Source: Bernardetia sp. ABR2-2B | Lineage (GTDB): Bacteria; Bacteroidota; Bacteroidia; Cytophagales; Bernardetiaceae | Direction of reading: 5' to 3' | Assembly (NCBI RefSeq): GCF_037126435.1 | Contig: NZ_CP147020.1 | Span: 1,651,293-1,715,292 of the forward strand | Length of the DNA: 64,000 bases | Part shown: positions 10,361 through 19,490 of the stretch, one piece after another | Layout of the letters: the number at the start of each line of letters is the position of its first letter | How positions within the stretch are numbered: position 1 is the stretch's first letter | Notes under the pieces: model-generated | Databases searched by the model: none | What the model was told of the DNA's origin: nothing | The model's input: only the letters and a program-made list of their open reading frames with translations | Made by a program: the position numbers and the translations under genes

Positions 10361-10597
10361 ATAAATAATTTAATTGAAAAAAGTAAAGAAGTATTATAGA
10401 TTAGTTGTGTAAAATTGAAGTTTGACAGAATACAGTTATGTTATTTGAAACATACTGCAAAATAACGATTCTTATGACAAAAACATTATTTTCTACTGAA
10501 AAACAAGCAAATATCAAGCTATTATTGTATAATTCACTACTGAAAAACAACTTTTTTTAATAAATGCGTGTACTTTGTTGTTTTTAATTTTAGAGAC

Positions 10598-10633
10598 TAA
10601 AAAAGCAACCCTATTTCTAAGGTTGCTTTTTCA
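10598..10633. terminator. rho-independent terminator downstream of the aminotransferase gene (works in both orientations)
   Basis: aaaaagcaacc-ctatttctaa-ggttgcttttt, a stem flanked by an A-run and a T-run. Confidence 0.5.
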
Positions 10634-10654
10634 ATTTTCTAAAAAAAAGTATAA

Positions 10655-11869
10655 TTAACTCAACTTAGCAATAGCATTTTTGATTCTTTCAATCGCTTTT
10701 TCTATCATCTCCTCTGAAGTAGCGAAAGAAAGACGGATACAATTTGGCGCACCAAAAGCATCTCCCATCACAACAGCCACATGCGCTGTTTCTAATAAAA
10801 ACATAGAAAAATCTTCTGAATTTTGAATTTTTTTACCTTCAAAAGACTTTCCATAAAAATGACTTATATCTGGAAAAACATAAAATGCTCCTTGTGGCGT
10901 ATTGCAATTAAAGCCTTCTACTTCATCCAAAAGAGATTTGATTAACTTTCCTCTTTTCTGATAGGCTTTATTCATTTCCTCTACTTCTTCTCGGCTTCCA
11001 TTGAGAGCAGTAACAGCAGCGTGTTGGGTAATGGAATTTGTACCAGAGGTAACCTGTCCTTGGATTTTATCACACGCTTTTGCAATCGTTAGAGGAGCAG
11101 CAGCATAACCCAAACGCCAACCTGTCATGGCAAAACCTTTTGAAAGACCATTTATAGTAACTACTCTATCTTTCAAAGATGCTACTCTTCCAATACTAAA
11201 ATGAGGCTCACCAAAATTGATATATTCATAAATTTCATCTGCAACGACTGTAATCTGCTCGTGTGGTGCAATTACTTCTGCAATTTCTCTTAATTCTGTT
11301 TCAGAAAAAACACTTCCCGTTGGATTACAAGGCGACGAAAAAATAACTGCTTTTGTTTTTGAAGTAATTGCTTCTTTTACCTGATTTGCTGTTACTTTAT
11401 AATCATTTTCTATTCCTCCTTTTACAAAAACAGGCTTTCCTTGTGCAAGTTGTACGATTCCGACATACGAAACCCAGTAAGGAGTAATGATAATTACCTC
11501 GTCGTCTTTATCCAAAAGGGCTAACATCACATTAGCAATAGACTGTTTTGCTCCTGTCGAAACTACAATTTGTTCAGCAGAATAATCTAGCTCATTTTCT
11601 CTTTTTAGCTTATCAGAAATAGCTTGACGAAGTGGCGCAATTCCAGCTACTGGTGTATAACCAAAATGTCCGTCATCAATCGCTTTTTTGGCTGCTTCTT
11701 GAATAAAAAGAGGTGTTTTGAAGTCTGGCTCTCCCAAATTCATATTGATAATATCGTGTCCTTCTGCTTTGAGTTCACGGCTTTTACGAGCCATTGCAAG
11801 GGTTTGAGATTCTTCCATTTCGGAAACACGACGAGATAAAGTTTCTGTATTTACGGCTGTTGTGGACAT
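10655..11869 (-). CDS. aspartate/aromatic aminotransferase, class I PLP-dependent
   Basis: NGLSKGFAMTGWRLGY (PLP-lysine region), SSPCNPTG, and ~400-aa length. The likely true start is the internal MSTTAVNTETL, because the tool ORF start adds a hydrophobic leader. Confidence 0.8.
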   Translation of the reverse strand: MSTTAVNTETLSRRVSEMEESQTLAMARKSRELKAEGHDIINMNLGEPDFKTPLFIQEAAKKAIDDGHFGYTPVAGIAPLRQAISDKLKRENELDYSAEQIVVSTGAKQSIANVMLALLDKDDEVIIITPYWVSYVGIVQLAQGKPVFVKGGIENDYKVTANQVKEAITSKTKAVIFSSPCNPTGSVFSETELREIAEVIAPHEQITVVADEIYEYINFGEPHFSIGRVASLKDRVVTINGLSKGFAMTGWRLGYAAAPLTIAKACDKIQGQVTSGTNSITQHAAVTALNGSREEVEEMNKAYQKRGKLIKSLLDEVEGFNCNTPQGAFYVFPDISHFYGKSFEGKKIQNSEDFSMFLLETAHVAVVMGDAFGAPNCIRLSFATSEEMIEKAIERIKNAIAKLS

Positions 11870-12188
11870 AAGGAGTAGTATTAGTGTCGTTGGTGAAGAC
11901 ACCAACAATGGCAAAAAATATTTTCATGAAGAAATTAATAAAGCAAAGCTAAAAAATTGTTGGATAGGTAGCAATTTTTGTTTGGTAGATTTTTTTCAGT
12001 AAAACCTGATTTTGATATTTTTGAAAAATAATAAAATTGTGTTATCTTTTGTATTGGACAATAAAAGGTACTAAAAATAATAATGTGTTAAAGTAGAATT
12101 AACTCTATTAGGTATACGAAAACTAACATCTAAAATAAGTTAAAAAACTATATATCAAACCTAAAAACTAAACTTACAAGTTGAATAA

Positions 12189-12758
12189 ATGAAAATAGAT
12201 AGTATCTTTGGGGTAATAAGAGGCAGTTTGTACTCTGTAAAATATGAGAATGAGGATAAAGATGAGTTTGTAAGAGTCTTTAATGAATGGTCAGACGTTG
12301 AGTTTTTAGGTATTTTTTTTGATACACATATTAACGACTTACAAAGTGGATTTTATGGAAATATAACTCCTGACGAAGCCATTGACATTACTGTGGATAA
12401 GTCACATGAGCTTGAAGATGAGTTATTATATACAGCTGAAATTGGGAAAACAGATGATTATGATACACTTCAAATATTGTTCAAACCTCTTGATAACAAA
12501 GAGTATAGAATTACAGAACATCAACAAACTAAAGCATACGGTTTGGAACACAAAAGTTGGCTGAGGATATATGCAATTAGAATTTCAAAAAACTGTTTTG
12601 TTGTCTCTGGTGGTGCTATCAAACTAACAGAAACTATGAATGAACGTGAGCATTTACGAAAGGAATTAAGAAAATTAGAGATAACAAAACAATATTTGAT
12701 TGATAATGGTCTCTTTGATGCAGATAATTTAGAAAACTTTATAACAGAACAATCATGA
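12189..12758 (+). CDS. TAC-module toxin candidate: C-terminal HigB/Gp49-like (RelE/ParE-fold) region with a ~100-aa N-terminal extension
   Basis: First gene of a 4-nt-overlap coupled triad. The C-terminal segment WLRIYAIRISKNCFVVSGGAIKLTETMNER resembles the R-I/V-F/Y-Y...ivLLxgfxKK core of Gp49/HigB-type toxins. An XRE antitoxin gene follows immediately, which is the HigB-HigA gene order. Confidence 0.35.
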   Translation: MKIDSIFGVIRGSLYSVKYENEDKDEFVRVFNEWSDVEFLGIFFDTHINDLQSGFYGNITPDEAIDITVDKSHELEDELLYTAEIGKTDDYDTLQILFKPLDNKEYRITEHQQTKAYGLEHKSWLRIYAIRISKNCFVVSGGAIKLTETMNEREHLRKELRKLEITKQYLIDNGLFDADNLENFITEQS

Positions 12759-13210
12759 TAAATAAAGAACTACAAAAAAAACTTGATACTCTTACTGCTG
12801 GTAAAAAAAGTAGTTGGGAAAAGGAAGCTAAGTACCGTCAAGCGAATAGAAAATGGCTAAGATATTCACGAAAGATTGCTATTAAAATTAATCGTCATCT
12901 TAAAGATAACGGTATGCAAAAACAGGAATTGGCTACTTTACTAAATGTTTCTCCTCAACAGGTAAGTAAAATAGTGAAGGGAAGAGAAAACCTAACTTTG
13001 CAAACAATATCAAACATTGAAAAAGCCTTAGGAATTTCATTGTTAGGACTTGATTCTAATAGAGAAAAGAAAACTAAAGTAATTTTAAAAAAAACAGAGA
13101 TTACCTATACACAACCAACTCAAGAAAATGATTTTTATCAAAAAAAGTCGGCAAAAGTAGTGGCAATACTCCCTATAAATAATCAAAGTTTAACAGAAGT
13201 GTACAACTAA
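12755..13210 (+). CDS. XRE-family helix-turn-helix protein, HigA-like antitoxin candidate with a C-terminal extension
   Basis: HTH signature MQKQELATLLNVSPQQVSKIVKGRENLTLQTISNIEKALGISL, followed by a ~60-aa low-complexity C-terminal tail. Its start overlaps the upstream stop (ATGA) and its stop overlaps the next start. Confidence 0.6.
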   Translation: MINKELQKKLDTLTAGKKSSWEKEAKYRQANRKWLRYSRKIAIKINRHLKDNGMQKQELATLLNVSPQQVSKIVKGRENLTLQTISNIEKALGISLLGLDSNREKKTKVILKKTEITYTQPTQENDFYQKKSAKVVAILPINNQSLTEVYN

Positions 13211-13632
13211 TGGAAGGAATACAATTTAGTTTAAAAAAAATTAATACAGATCAATTTGCTATCATTGAAGATGCTTATAATAGTCAAATTGAGGATATAA
13301 ATTTAGAGATTCATATAAATTTCGGAACAAGTTCGGAAACTACTTCTATTGTTTCAATTATTAAATTTCAGTTCAAACAAAATGAGAAATCTTTTTTAAT
13401 TGTAGAAGTTTCTTGTGAATTTAGTGTTGAAAAAAGCAAATGGAGTGAATTTCGCAAAGAGGGTAAACTAATTATTCCACAAGGTTTTTTAGCGCATTTA
13501 GCTATGATTACAGTTGGTACAACACGAGGAGTATTACATTCAAAAACTACTAATACAAAATTTAATGATTTTATATTACCTACAATAGATATTACAAAAA
13601 TAGTTACTGAAGATGGTAAATTCGATGAGTAG
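13210..13632 (+). CDS. SecB-like chaperone (TAC chaperone candidate)
   Basis: 140 aa. It aligns by eye with E. coli SecB: IQFSLKKINTDQFAIIE vs FQIQRIYTKDISFE; KSFLIVEVSCEFSVE vs TAFLCEVQQGGIFSI; PQGFLAHLAMITVGTTRGVL vs [21 protein letters not shown]; KFNDF vs VNFDA. Confidence 0.5.
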   Translation: MEGIQFSLKKINTDQFAIIEDAYNSQIEDINLEIHINFGTSSETTSIVSIIKFQFKQNEKSFLIVEVSCEFSVEKSKWSEFRKEGKLIIPQGFLAHLAMITVGTTRGVLHSKTTNTKFNDFILPTIDITKIVTEDGKFDE

Positions 13633-13703
13633 TAAGCTTCCATCTTTACTGATGTTTGAATAGAAAACCATTTTTACCTTACTTGAATACTTTTTTTCAA
13701 ACT

Positions 13704-13758
13704 ACTGTCAGAGTTATTTTGGATTACCAAAACAACTGCTGACAAAGTTCATTTTTAT
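13704..13758. terminator. imperfect hairpin terminator between the convergent TAC cassette and the peptidase gene
   Basis: tgtcagagttattttgg-attacc-ccaaaacaactgctgaca followed by a T-rich run. Confidence 0.4.
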
Positions 13759-13762
13759 AAAA

Positions 13763-15445
13763 TTACAACCCCAAAACATCAGCCCCCTGCTCAAAAATAA
13801 TATCAACAGGAATATTTGCATCAGAAAGTCTGTCTAAGTCAGCTTGTAAATCAGCTTTGATAACTCCCATTTCGTTTGCCAACAGCGTTACACCTTCGTA
13901 ATCGCCATCGCCTTGAAGTGTTAGTATTTTAGCAGAAAGTTCGTTTACAGCTTCTGCCATTTTATCTGGATTTACTTTGTATGTTCCGTCTTCTAACTTT
14001 TCGAAAGCTCCTTTTTCATTGAAAAAGTTAAAGCGAATCATATTTGCTTTTCCGTGTGCCGAAGCAGCACCAAAACGAACAGAACGGAAAATACCAGCCA
14101 AGAAAGTAGTATAATTATCCATCAATTCTCCTTCTGAAAGTTCGCCCATTTCACGCAATTTAGTAACCATATACAGACCTAAAATATCAGCTTTTCCTTC
14201 TTCTAAAGCAGAAGCTAAATCTTTCAAAGATTCTCTAACTGTTCCTTTGTCATTAATGGTATTTTTGATTCCTAATCCGTGAGCCACTTCATGAAACATT
14301 GTATTTTCGAAGAAAGCATCAAAAGTGATATGTTTTCTTTGCTCTGGCGTAATGAGCATTTCAGAAATAGGCATCAAAATTTGGTCAAACTTTGCCTTCA
14401 TAGCATTTTTTAGCTGCGAACGACGAGTACCTTTTTTGAGTTGTACTTCTTCATCATTTGGAAGGTTTACAGCAATCGTTTTGCTACCTGCGTTACAATC
14501 TCCAGCATAAAAAACAACATCATAGGCATTAAGTTGAGAATCTGACCCAGGTTTTTCGGCTTTGTATTTCGCATCAACAGGCAAATCTTTTTGAAGTTGT
14601 GGCAATAAAGCAGCATATTTTTCCAAACGCTCACTCCACGTTTTATCTTTTACCAAAACATATGAAGAATAAGCAGCTTTTTGTCCATACAAATGGTCTT
14701 CATAGGTTTCTATTGCACCAATAATAATATCGATACCGTTGGTTTTCATATCCATCCATGCCATATCACTTGCCATATAATCATCTGTGGTAATGGCATC
14801 GGCACGAAGAGTAAGGTGTTTTTTCAAGCCTTCATCTTCTGCTATTTCGGCAGCTTGGCGTAAATAATCAGCAGCTTTTTCTAGATCTGCCTTAAATTTT
14901 TCGTGATAAGGAACTATCATTAGCTTTCCTTCTGCATCTCTGCGAAGAAATGTATAAAGACTTGATTTTTCTTCATTATCAAAGGCTTCATACTCCTCCT
15001 TTGTCATATCTGTTGGGTAGAAATTTGCGCCGAGAGGTTTTTCTCCTACACCTTCCATAAAGGGTTGATTATTTTCTAATCTATCCCAAAGACCATAGTT
15101 TATTTCTACAAACTTTTTTGTGTCTGCATCATCTAAAGTAGCCATCAAGCTATCTTTATCGCCCATATAGGCTTGTTGCCAAAACAAACCATCCATTATT
15201 TTAGCTGCTTCTATAAGGAGTGGAATCATTTTCTTTTCACTTTCTGAAAGAGTGCTAATATCAGTAGTGAGTTTGAAGGGAGCATAAATTTCTGGACGAA
15301 CAAGCTCGTTTTTAGTTTCTACGACTACACTTGTTGTATCAGTAGTAGTTTCAGTAATTGCTTTTTTATCTGGTGTACAGTTCCAAAAGCCTAGACAGAT
15401 AGCCATTGATAGAACAGCTAGTTTTGATGTTTTTTTGATGTTCAT
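13763..15445 (-). CDS. zinc-dependent metallopeptidase-like lipoprotein (HExxH; possibly M49/DPP3-like)
   Basis: Lipoprotein signal MNIKKTSKLAVLSMAICLGFWNC and an HEVAHGLG zinc-binding motif in a 560-aa ORF. Confidence 0.5.
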   Translation of the reverse strand: MNIKKTSKLAVLSMAICLGFWNCTPDKKAITETTTDTTSVVVETKNELVRPEIYAPFKLTTDISTLSESEKKMIPLLIEAAKIMDGLFWQQAYMGDKDSLMATLDDADTKKFVEINYGLWDRLENNQPFMEGVGEKPLGANFYPTDMTKEEYEAFDNEEKSSLYTFLRRDAEGKLMIVPYHEKFKADLEKAADYLRQAAEIAEDEGLKKHLTLRADAITTDDYMASDMAWMDMKTNGIDIIIGAIETYEDHLYGQKAAYSSYVLVKDKTWSERLEKYAALLPQLQKDLPVDAKYKAEKPGSDSQLNAYDVVFYAGDCNAGSKTIAVNLPNDEEVQLKKGTRRSQLKNAMKAKFDQILMPISEMLITPEQRKHITFDAFFENTMFHEVAHGLGIKNTINDKGTVRESLKDLASALEEGKADILGLYMVTKLREMGELSEGELMDNYTTFLAGIFRSVRFGAASAHGKANMIRFNFFNEKGAFEKLEDGTYKVNPDKMAEAVNELSAKILTLQGDGDYEGVTLLANEMGVIKADLQADLDRLSDANIPVDIIFEQGADVLGL

Positions 15446-15591
15446 GTTATTTTGAAGTTTGTGAGAGTTAAGTTAAATAATTAATACAATACAAATTTAA
15501 AACACAGAGATACAGAGAACACAGAGAATAAAATACGCTTTTAATATTTGCAAAAAATCCAACTCCCAATATCTAATTCCCAATTCCTAAC

Positions 15592-16539
15592 TTATTTCAT
15601 TTCATCTTTTCTTACAATATCTACTACTTCCATTTCGAAGCGCATCATTGTAAATGGAGGTATTCCTTGATGTTCTTTATTTCCGAAAGCAAAACGAGAA
15701 GGAGAAAAAAGACTAAATTTAGAACCTTCATTAGCAATCTGTGTAAAAGCGATTTGCCAAGCAGGAAGCACTTGTCTTTCCCCTACTACAAAACCTACTG
15801 TTTCGCCTTTTTTAGATTTATCTAATACTTGTTGAAAAGGAATCGTCCAAGTCTGATAAGTAAAAGAAACGCTGTCTCCTATTTGTGCTGGCATTCCTGT
15901 ACCCTTTTCTTTAAATCTATAATAGAGTCCTAAGGGATGTTTTTTTGCTCCTTCAAAGACTAATTCTTTTTTCATATACTCTACCATTTTTTTGTCTTGA
16001 ATGGCTATTTGTTCTTGCGTACGCTTTTTAAGTCTTACCTCTTCATCCATATCAAAAGCAGCCTTACTTTGTGTATTATAGAGCTTTATGACATACCTAA
16101 TTTCCTTCATTTGCTCTCTTGTTTTCTTTTCGATAGGCAATTTATTGTTTTTGATAGAATCTAAAGTAACATAAAAAGTGGCACTATCTCCTACATTTAG
16201 CATTCTGAAACCTTCTTCTATTGCTCCTTGATAAGCAGGTTTTAATAAAGGTTGTCCGACAGGTTCGTTGAGTTTATATGTATCTGTGATGGTATCTCCA
16301 TTATCTGCTAATAATAGGTAGTGCATTGTCATTATTTCGTTATATTCAGGTTTTCTATTTTTGGGATAATGAATATGATGAATATATTTTAGTCCTGTTT
16401 CTGTAGTTTTTAACTCATCATTACAAATAGCTCCTTCTGGACAATTTTGATTGTCTTTTTTAGTTGTACAAGAATTTGATAGAAATAAAAATACAATTGA
16501 AATAATAAATATAAATGACTTGGAAGTTAATTTATTCAT
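15592..16539 (-). CDS. FKBP-type peptidyl-prolyl cis-trans isomerase lipoprotein
   Basis: FKBP domain signatures (GDSVSFTYQTW..., GFVVGERQVLPAWQ..., FAFG). Lipoprotein signal begins at the internal MNKLTSKSFIFIISIVFLFLSNSC. Confidence 0.75.
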   Translation of the reverse strand: MNKLTSKSFIFIISIVFLFLSNSCTTKKDNQNCPEGAICNDELKTTETGLKYIHHIHYPKNRKPEYNEIMTMHYLLLADNGDTITDTYKLNEPVGQPLLKPAYQGAIEEGFRMLNVGDSATFYVTLDSIKNNKLPIEKKTREQMKEIRYVIKLYNTQSKAAFDMDEEVRLKKRTQEQIAIQDKKMVEYMKKELVFEGAKKHPLGLYYRFKEKGTGMPAQIGDSVSFTYQTWTIPFQQVLDKSKKGETVGFVVGERQVLPAWQIAFTQIANEGSKFSLFSPSRFAFGNKEHQGIPPFTMMRFEMEVVDIVRKDEMK

Positions 16540-16901
16540 GTAAATAAAATTATAGTGAAATGGAATAGAAGCCGAAATATCAACTATTTTAGCTTTAGTT
16601 ATTTTATACAAAAAAAATATATTCAATAAAAAATCTATGAATTAGATATTTTTTGATGTAATTTTAGCGTAATAAATAGTGTTATACTTTTATAATTTAC
16701 CCTTTTTTCAAACATAATATGCTTTTTCATAGCACAAAGATACTTTAATTAAATTGGTATCATTTTGGTATAATTTGAAAATAAGATACACACTATACAT
16801 TGCACTAAAAGAAAAAACACAAAAATAGTCTTTTATATTGCTTTGGCAATGGGAAGACAAACAAAAAATTATAACCAAGCTTACTAGGACAAAAAAATAC
16901 A

Positions 16902-17594
16902 ATGAAAAATAGAATACCATTTATATTACTTTCAATTTTCCTTTTATTAGGGTTGAATAGTTTAGTTTCTGCACAGGTAGATTCTAATAAAGTGCTTATA
17001 AATACTACTGTCGTAGATTTCAAACAAAAAGTAAGACCAGGAGAAACAGTAATGTTTGTTAATACCAAAACTGATGAAGTTTTTTCCAAAATTAGTGATA
17101 AAGAAGGAAAATGTTTTTTTGTTTTGATAAAAGGTAGCGAATATCTTATCAAATATAAGAACTTTGGAAAAGATGTAGAATATCAAAAAGTTCAGATTCC
17201 TGATGTAGCACGTCTGAAAGAACTAAAAGTATTAGTGAAATTTCAACCAGCCACTGCTTATACGCTTGATAATGTGCTTTTCGAAACAGGAAAAGCAAGT
17301 CTAAAAAACACTTCTTTTAAGGCAATCGATGAACTGGCATCAGCTATGACAGCCAAAAAAACAATGGAAATAGAGATTGCTGGTCATACGGATAATGTAG
17401 GAGATAAAGATGCAAATCTTAAACTTTCTCAAGAGAGAGCAGAAGCAGTACGTGATTATCTAATAAAAAAAGGGATTGACGCAAAGCGAATTACTGCAAA
17501 AGGTTATGGAGATACCAAACCTGTTGCTGATAATAGTACGAATGCAGGAAAGCAACAAAATCGTCGTACAGAAGTTAAGATTATCAAAGAATAA
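16902..17594 (+). CDS. OmpA-family outer-membrane/periplasmic protein
   Basis: Signal peptide plus a C-terminal OmpA-like domain (LFETGKASL..., IAGHTDNVGD, LSQERAEAVRDYL, NRRTEV). Confidence 0.8.
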   Translation: MKNRIPFILLSIFLLLGLNSLVSAQVDSNKVLINTTVVDFKQKVRPGETVMFVNTKTDEVFSKISDKEGKCFFVLIKGSEYLIKYKNFGKDVEYQKVQIPDVARLKELKVLVKFQPATAYTLDNVLFETGKASLKNTSFKAIDELASAMTAKKTMEIEIAGHTDNVGDKDANLKLSQERAEAVRDYLIKKGIDAKRITAKGYGDTKPVADNSTNAGKQQNRRTEVKIIKE

Positions 17595-17637
17595 AATTTA
17601 TATTCTGATTTTTATTTTAGAAAAAAATATATTTAAA

Positions 17638-17669
17638 CTGACTATTCTCACACAATAGTCAGTTTTTTT
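17638..17669 (+). terminator. rho-independent terminator after the OmpA-family gene
   Basis: ctgactatt-ctcacac-aatagtcag followed by ttttttt. Confidence 0.6.
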
Positions 17670-17731
17670 ATTAATTTAGTTTCTCTGAATTGCTTTAATT
17701 TATCAATCCAAAAAAATCTAACTTATATATT

Positions 17732-18256
17732 ATGAACTTGTTTCCATTTCGGTCTTCCTTGTATTCCATTCTATTTTTGCTCTCTTTTTCATTTTTAGCC
17801 TTTAGTTGTGAAAGCACAAAACAACCAGAAAATACCTATGCAGTACAGATAAAACCAACTTTTTTGAGTGTAGATGAATCGCCTTCAAATGCCAAAAATT
17901 GGGACCCTGTCAATATGTTTTCTTACGACCACAAACCAGATGTTTATTATGAAATTTGGCTTGGACAAGACCGTATTTTTGAGTCTGAATCTATTAAAGA
18001 TGAGTTTACACCAAAATGGGATAGCGTAAAACCATTTTATATTCCAGACACGAAACCAAATGCAGAACTAACTATCAAGTTTTATGATTTTGATAAAAAA
18101 ATGGGAGTCAAGACAGGGCGTTTTTATAATAATGATGACCTTATCGGAGAACTCAAAATATCAATTGATGAGCTTCGAAAGAAGGCACAAAACTTTGATA
18201 CACTAAGCTTTGGAAATGTAAAAGCGTGTGTTTTTGCTGAACCAGTTATGAAATAA
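17732..18256 (+). CDS. lipoprotein with a C2-domain-like region
   Basis: Signal MNLFPFRSSLYSILFLLSFSFLAFSC. IKFYDFDKKMGVKTGRFYNNDDLIGELKISIDEL resembles the C2-domain xDxDxxxxDDxIG pattern. Confidence 0.35.
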   Translation: MNLFPFRSSLYSILFLLSFSFLAFSCESTKQPENTYAVQIKPTFLSVDESPSNAKNWDPVNMFSYDHKPDVYYEIWLGQDRIFESESIKDEFTPKWDSVKPFYIPDTKPNAELTIKFYDFDKKMGVKTGRFYNNDDLIGELKISIDELRKKAQNFDTLSFGNVKACVFAEPVMK

Positions 18257-18262
18257 AATCAA

Positions 18263-19363
18263 ATGGAAATTATAATAATACCACTAGTAGTTTGCTGCCT
18301 TTTATCTGCCTTACTTGTTACTATTGAGTTTTTGGTTTATCTTTTCATAAATAGGAGGTTTTTTAATAAAATCTTAATCAAAATTATTGATGTCTTGGTA
18401 ATCGTAGGGCTTCCAGTTTTGTATTTTCTACTTATGGAGAAAAGCACAAATGATTGTTGTAGTGAAAGTGCTACCTTTTCTCCTGACCACCGACTTACTA
18501 TTTATGTTTTGTTGGCTGTTTCTATTTTGGCTTGTGTGTATTCTATTTTCAAAACCAAGATACTAAGTCCTGTTTTGGAGGTCTTTACTAATGCTATTCT
18601 ATTGATGGGTTTTGTATTAAATATCTTTGTGGCATTTCAAGTAAAACAAATAGCTCTATTAGGCAACCTTCCAATTAGTATTGTATTTGTTTTTCAGCTC
18701 ATAAAAAGCCAAACCCAGTTTTTAGAATATAATTTCATTCAAAAATTTGAGATAGAAAAACTTAGTAATCCAATAGAGCGACTAGCGTGGAAAATTCTAA
18801 ATCTTGAACCAATTTTGAAATATCCTATCTTCTTAGTTTTGGCTCTACCTATTTTTATTCTTATCATTTCATTTCTTTTATTATTCGGACAAAAACCAGA
18901 TTCGGTCATTCGTGCATTTACAGATACCTACAAACACGGTTTTTCAGAACTAGATTATATGTGTGATAACGTAAATTGTGGAGGTCATTTTCTGTGTTCG
19001 GTGGCTGCTGGTGGTCATTCTGATATTGTAAGACCTGTTAGGTATGGAGAAAGAGGAGGAAGTAAGATTATTTGTAATCGTCAGCTTTTGGTAGCCAATG
19101 CATTTGAAGAGTTAATAGAAGAGAATTTCCCAAAACTACATAACATCATAAGACGAAATTATAATAAAGTGGGAAATGTTGTTCATAAACATTACGGCAT
19201 TTTTAATAATAAATTTGTAGCTGATTCTGTTTATTTTTTGATGAAGCCTTTAGAATGGATTTTTATTTTTACGCTTTATACTTTTGATTCAAAACCAGAA
19301 AACAGAATTGCAAAACAATATTTGAATAGAAAAGATAGAGAGGAATTAGGGAATGGAAAGTAA
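18263..19363 (+). CDS. polytopic membrane protein with a Cys-rich cytoplasmic C-terminal domain
   Basis: At least six hydrophobic helices and a CDNVNCGGHFLC motif. It starts 6 nt after the upstream gene, so the two are probably one operon. Confidence 0.4.
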   Translation: MEIIIIPLVVCCLLSALLVTIEFLVYLFINRRFFNKILIKIIDVLVIVGLPVLYFLLMEKSTNDCCSESATFSPDHRLTIYVLLAVSILACVYSIFKTKILSPVLEVFTNAILLMGFVLNIFVAFQVKQIALLGNLPISIVFVFQLIKSQTQFLEYNFIQKFEIEKLSNPIERLAWKILNLEPILKYPIFLVLALPIFILIISFLLLFGQKPDSVIRAFTDTYKHGFSELDYMCDNVNCGGHFLCSVAAGGHSDIVRPVRYGERGGSKIICNRQLLVANAFEELIEENFPKLHNIIRRNYNKVGNVVHKHYGIFNNKFVADSVYFLMKPLEWIFIFTLYTFDSKPENRIAKQYLNRKDREELGNGK

Positions 19364-19430
19364 GATTTTTTATTTTTCTGACTAGTAAAGGTTATCACAG
19401 TTGATTTAGTAATGTTTAGTTTATTCGAAA

Positions 19431-19467
19431 AAAGGCTTCAAAACATATTGTTTCTTGAAGCCTTTTT
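19431..19467. terminator. bidirectional terminator between convergent genes
   Basis: aaaaaggcttcaa-aacatattgtttc-ttgaagccttttt. Confidence 0.5.
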
Positions 19468-19490
19468 AGTTGTCAAATCAATTATATTGA

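Noticed and set aside
12382-12564. 60-aa ORF nested inside the first TAC gene
   Set aside because: Alternative frame wholly within a better-supported longer ORF, with no motifs.
12189-13632. Alternative reading of the three-gene cassette as a phage-defence (abortive infection) operon unrelated to toxin-antitoxin systems
   Set aside because: Not excluded. But the SecB-like third gene and the HTH-plus-tail middle gene fit the TAC model more specifically than any defence-system architecture I know. Kept as a TAC-like call with stated uncertainty.
13368-13643. 91-aa antisense ORF overlapping the SecB-like gene
   Set aside because: Overlaps a gene with recognisable homology on the other strand and is an AT-rich spurious frame.
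16708-17186. Three overlapping small ORFs (16708-16920, 16805-17152, 16962-17186) in the FKBP/OmpA divergent promoter region and antisense to the OmpA gene start
   Set aside because: Low-complexity hydrophobic translations of AT-rich promoter DNA that overlap a well-supported gene.
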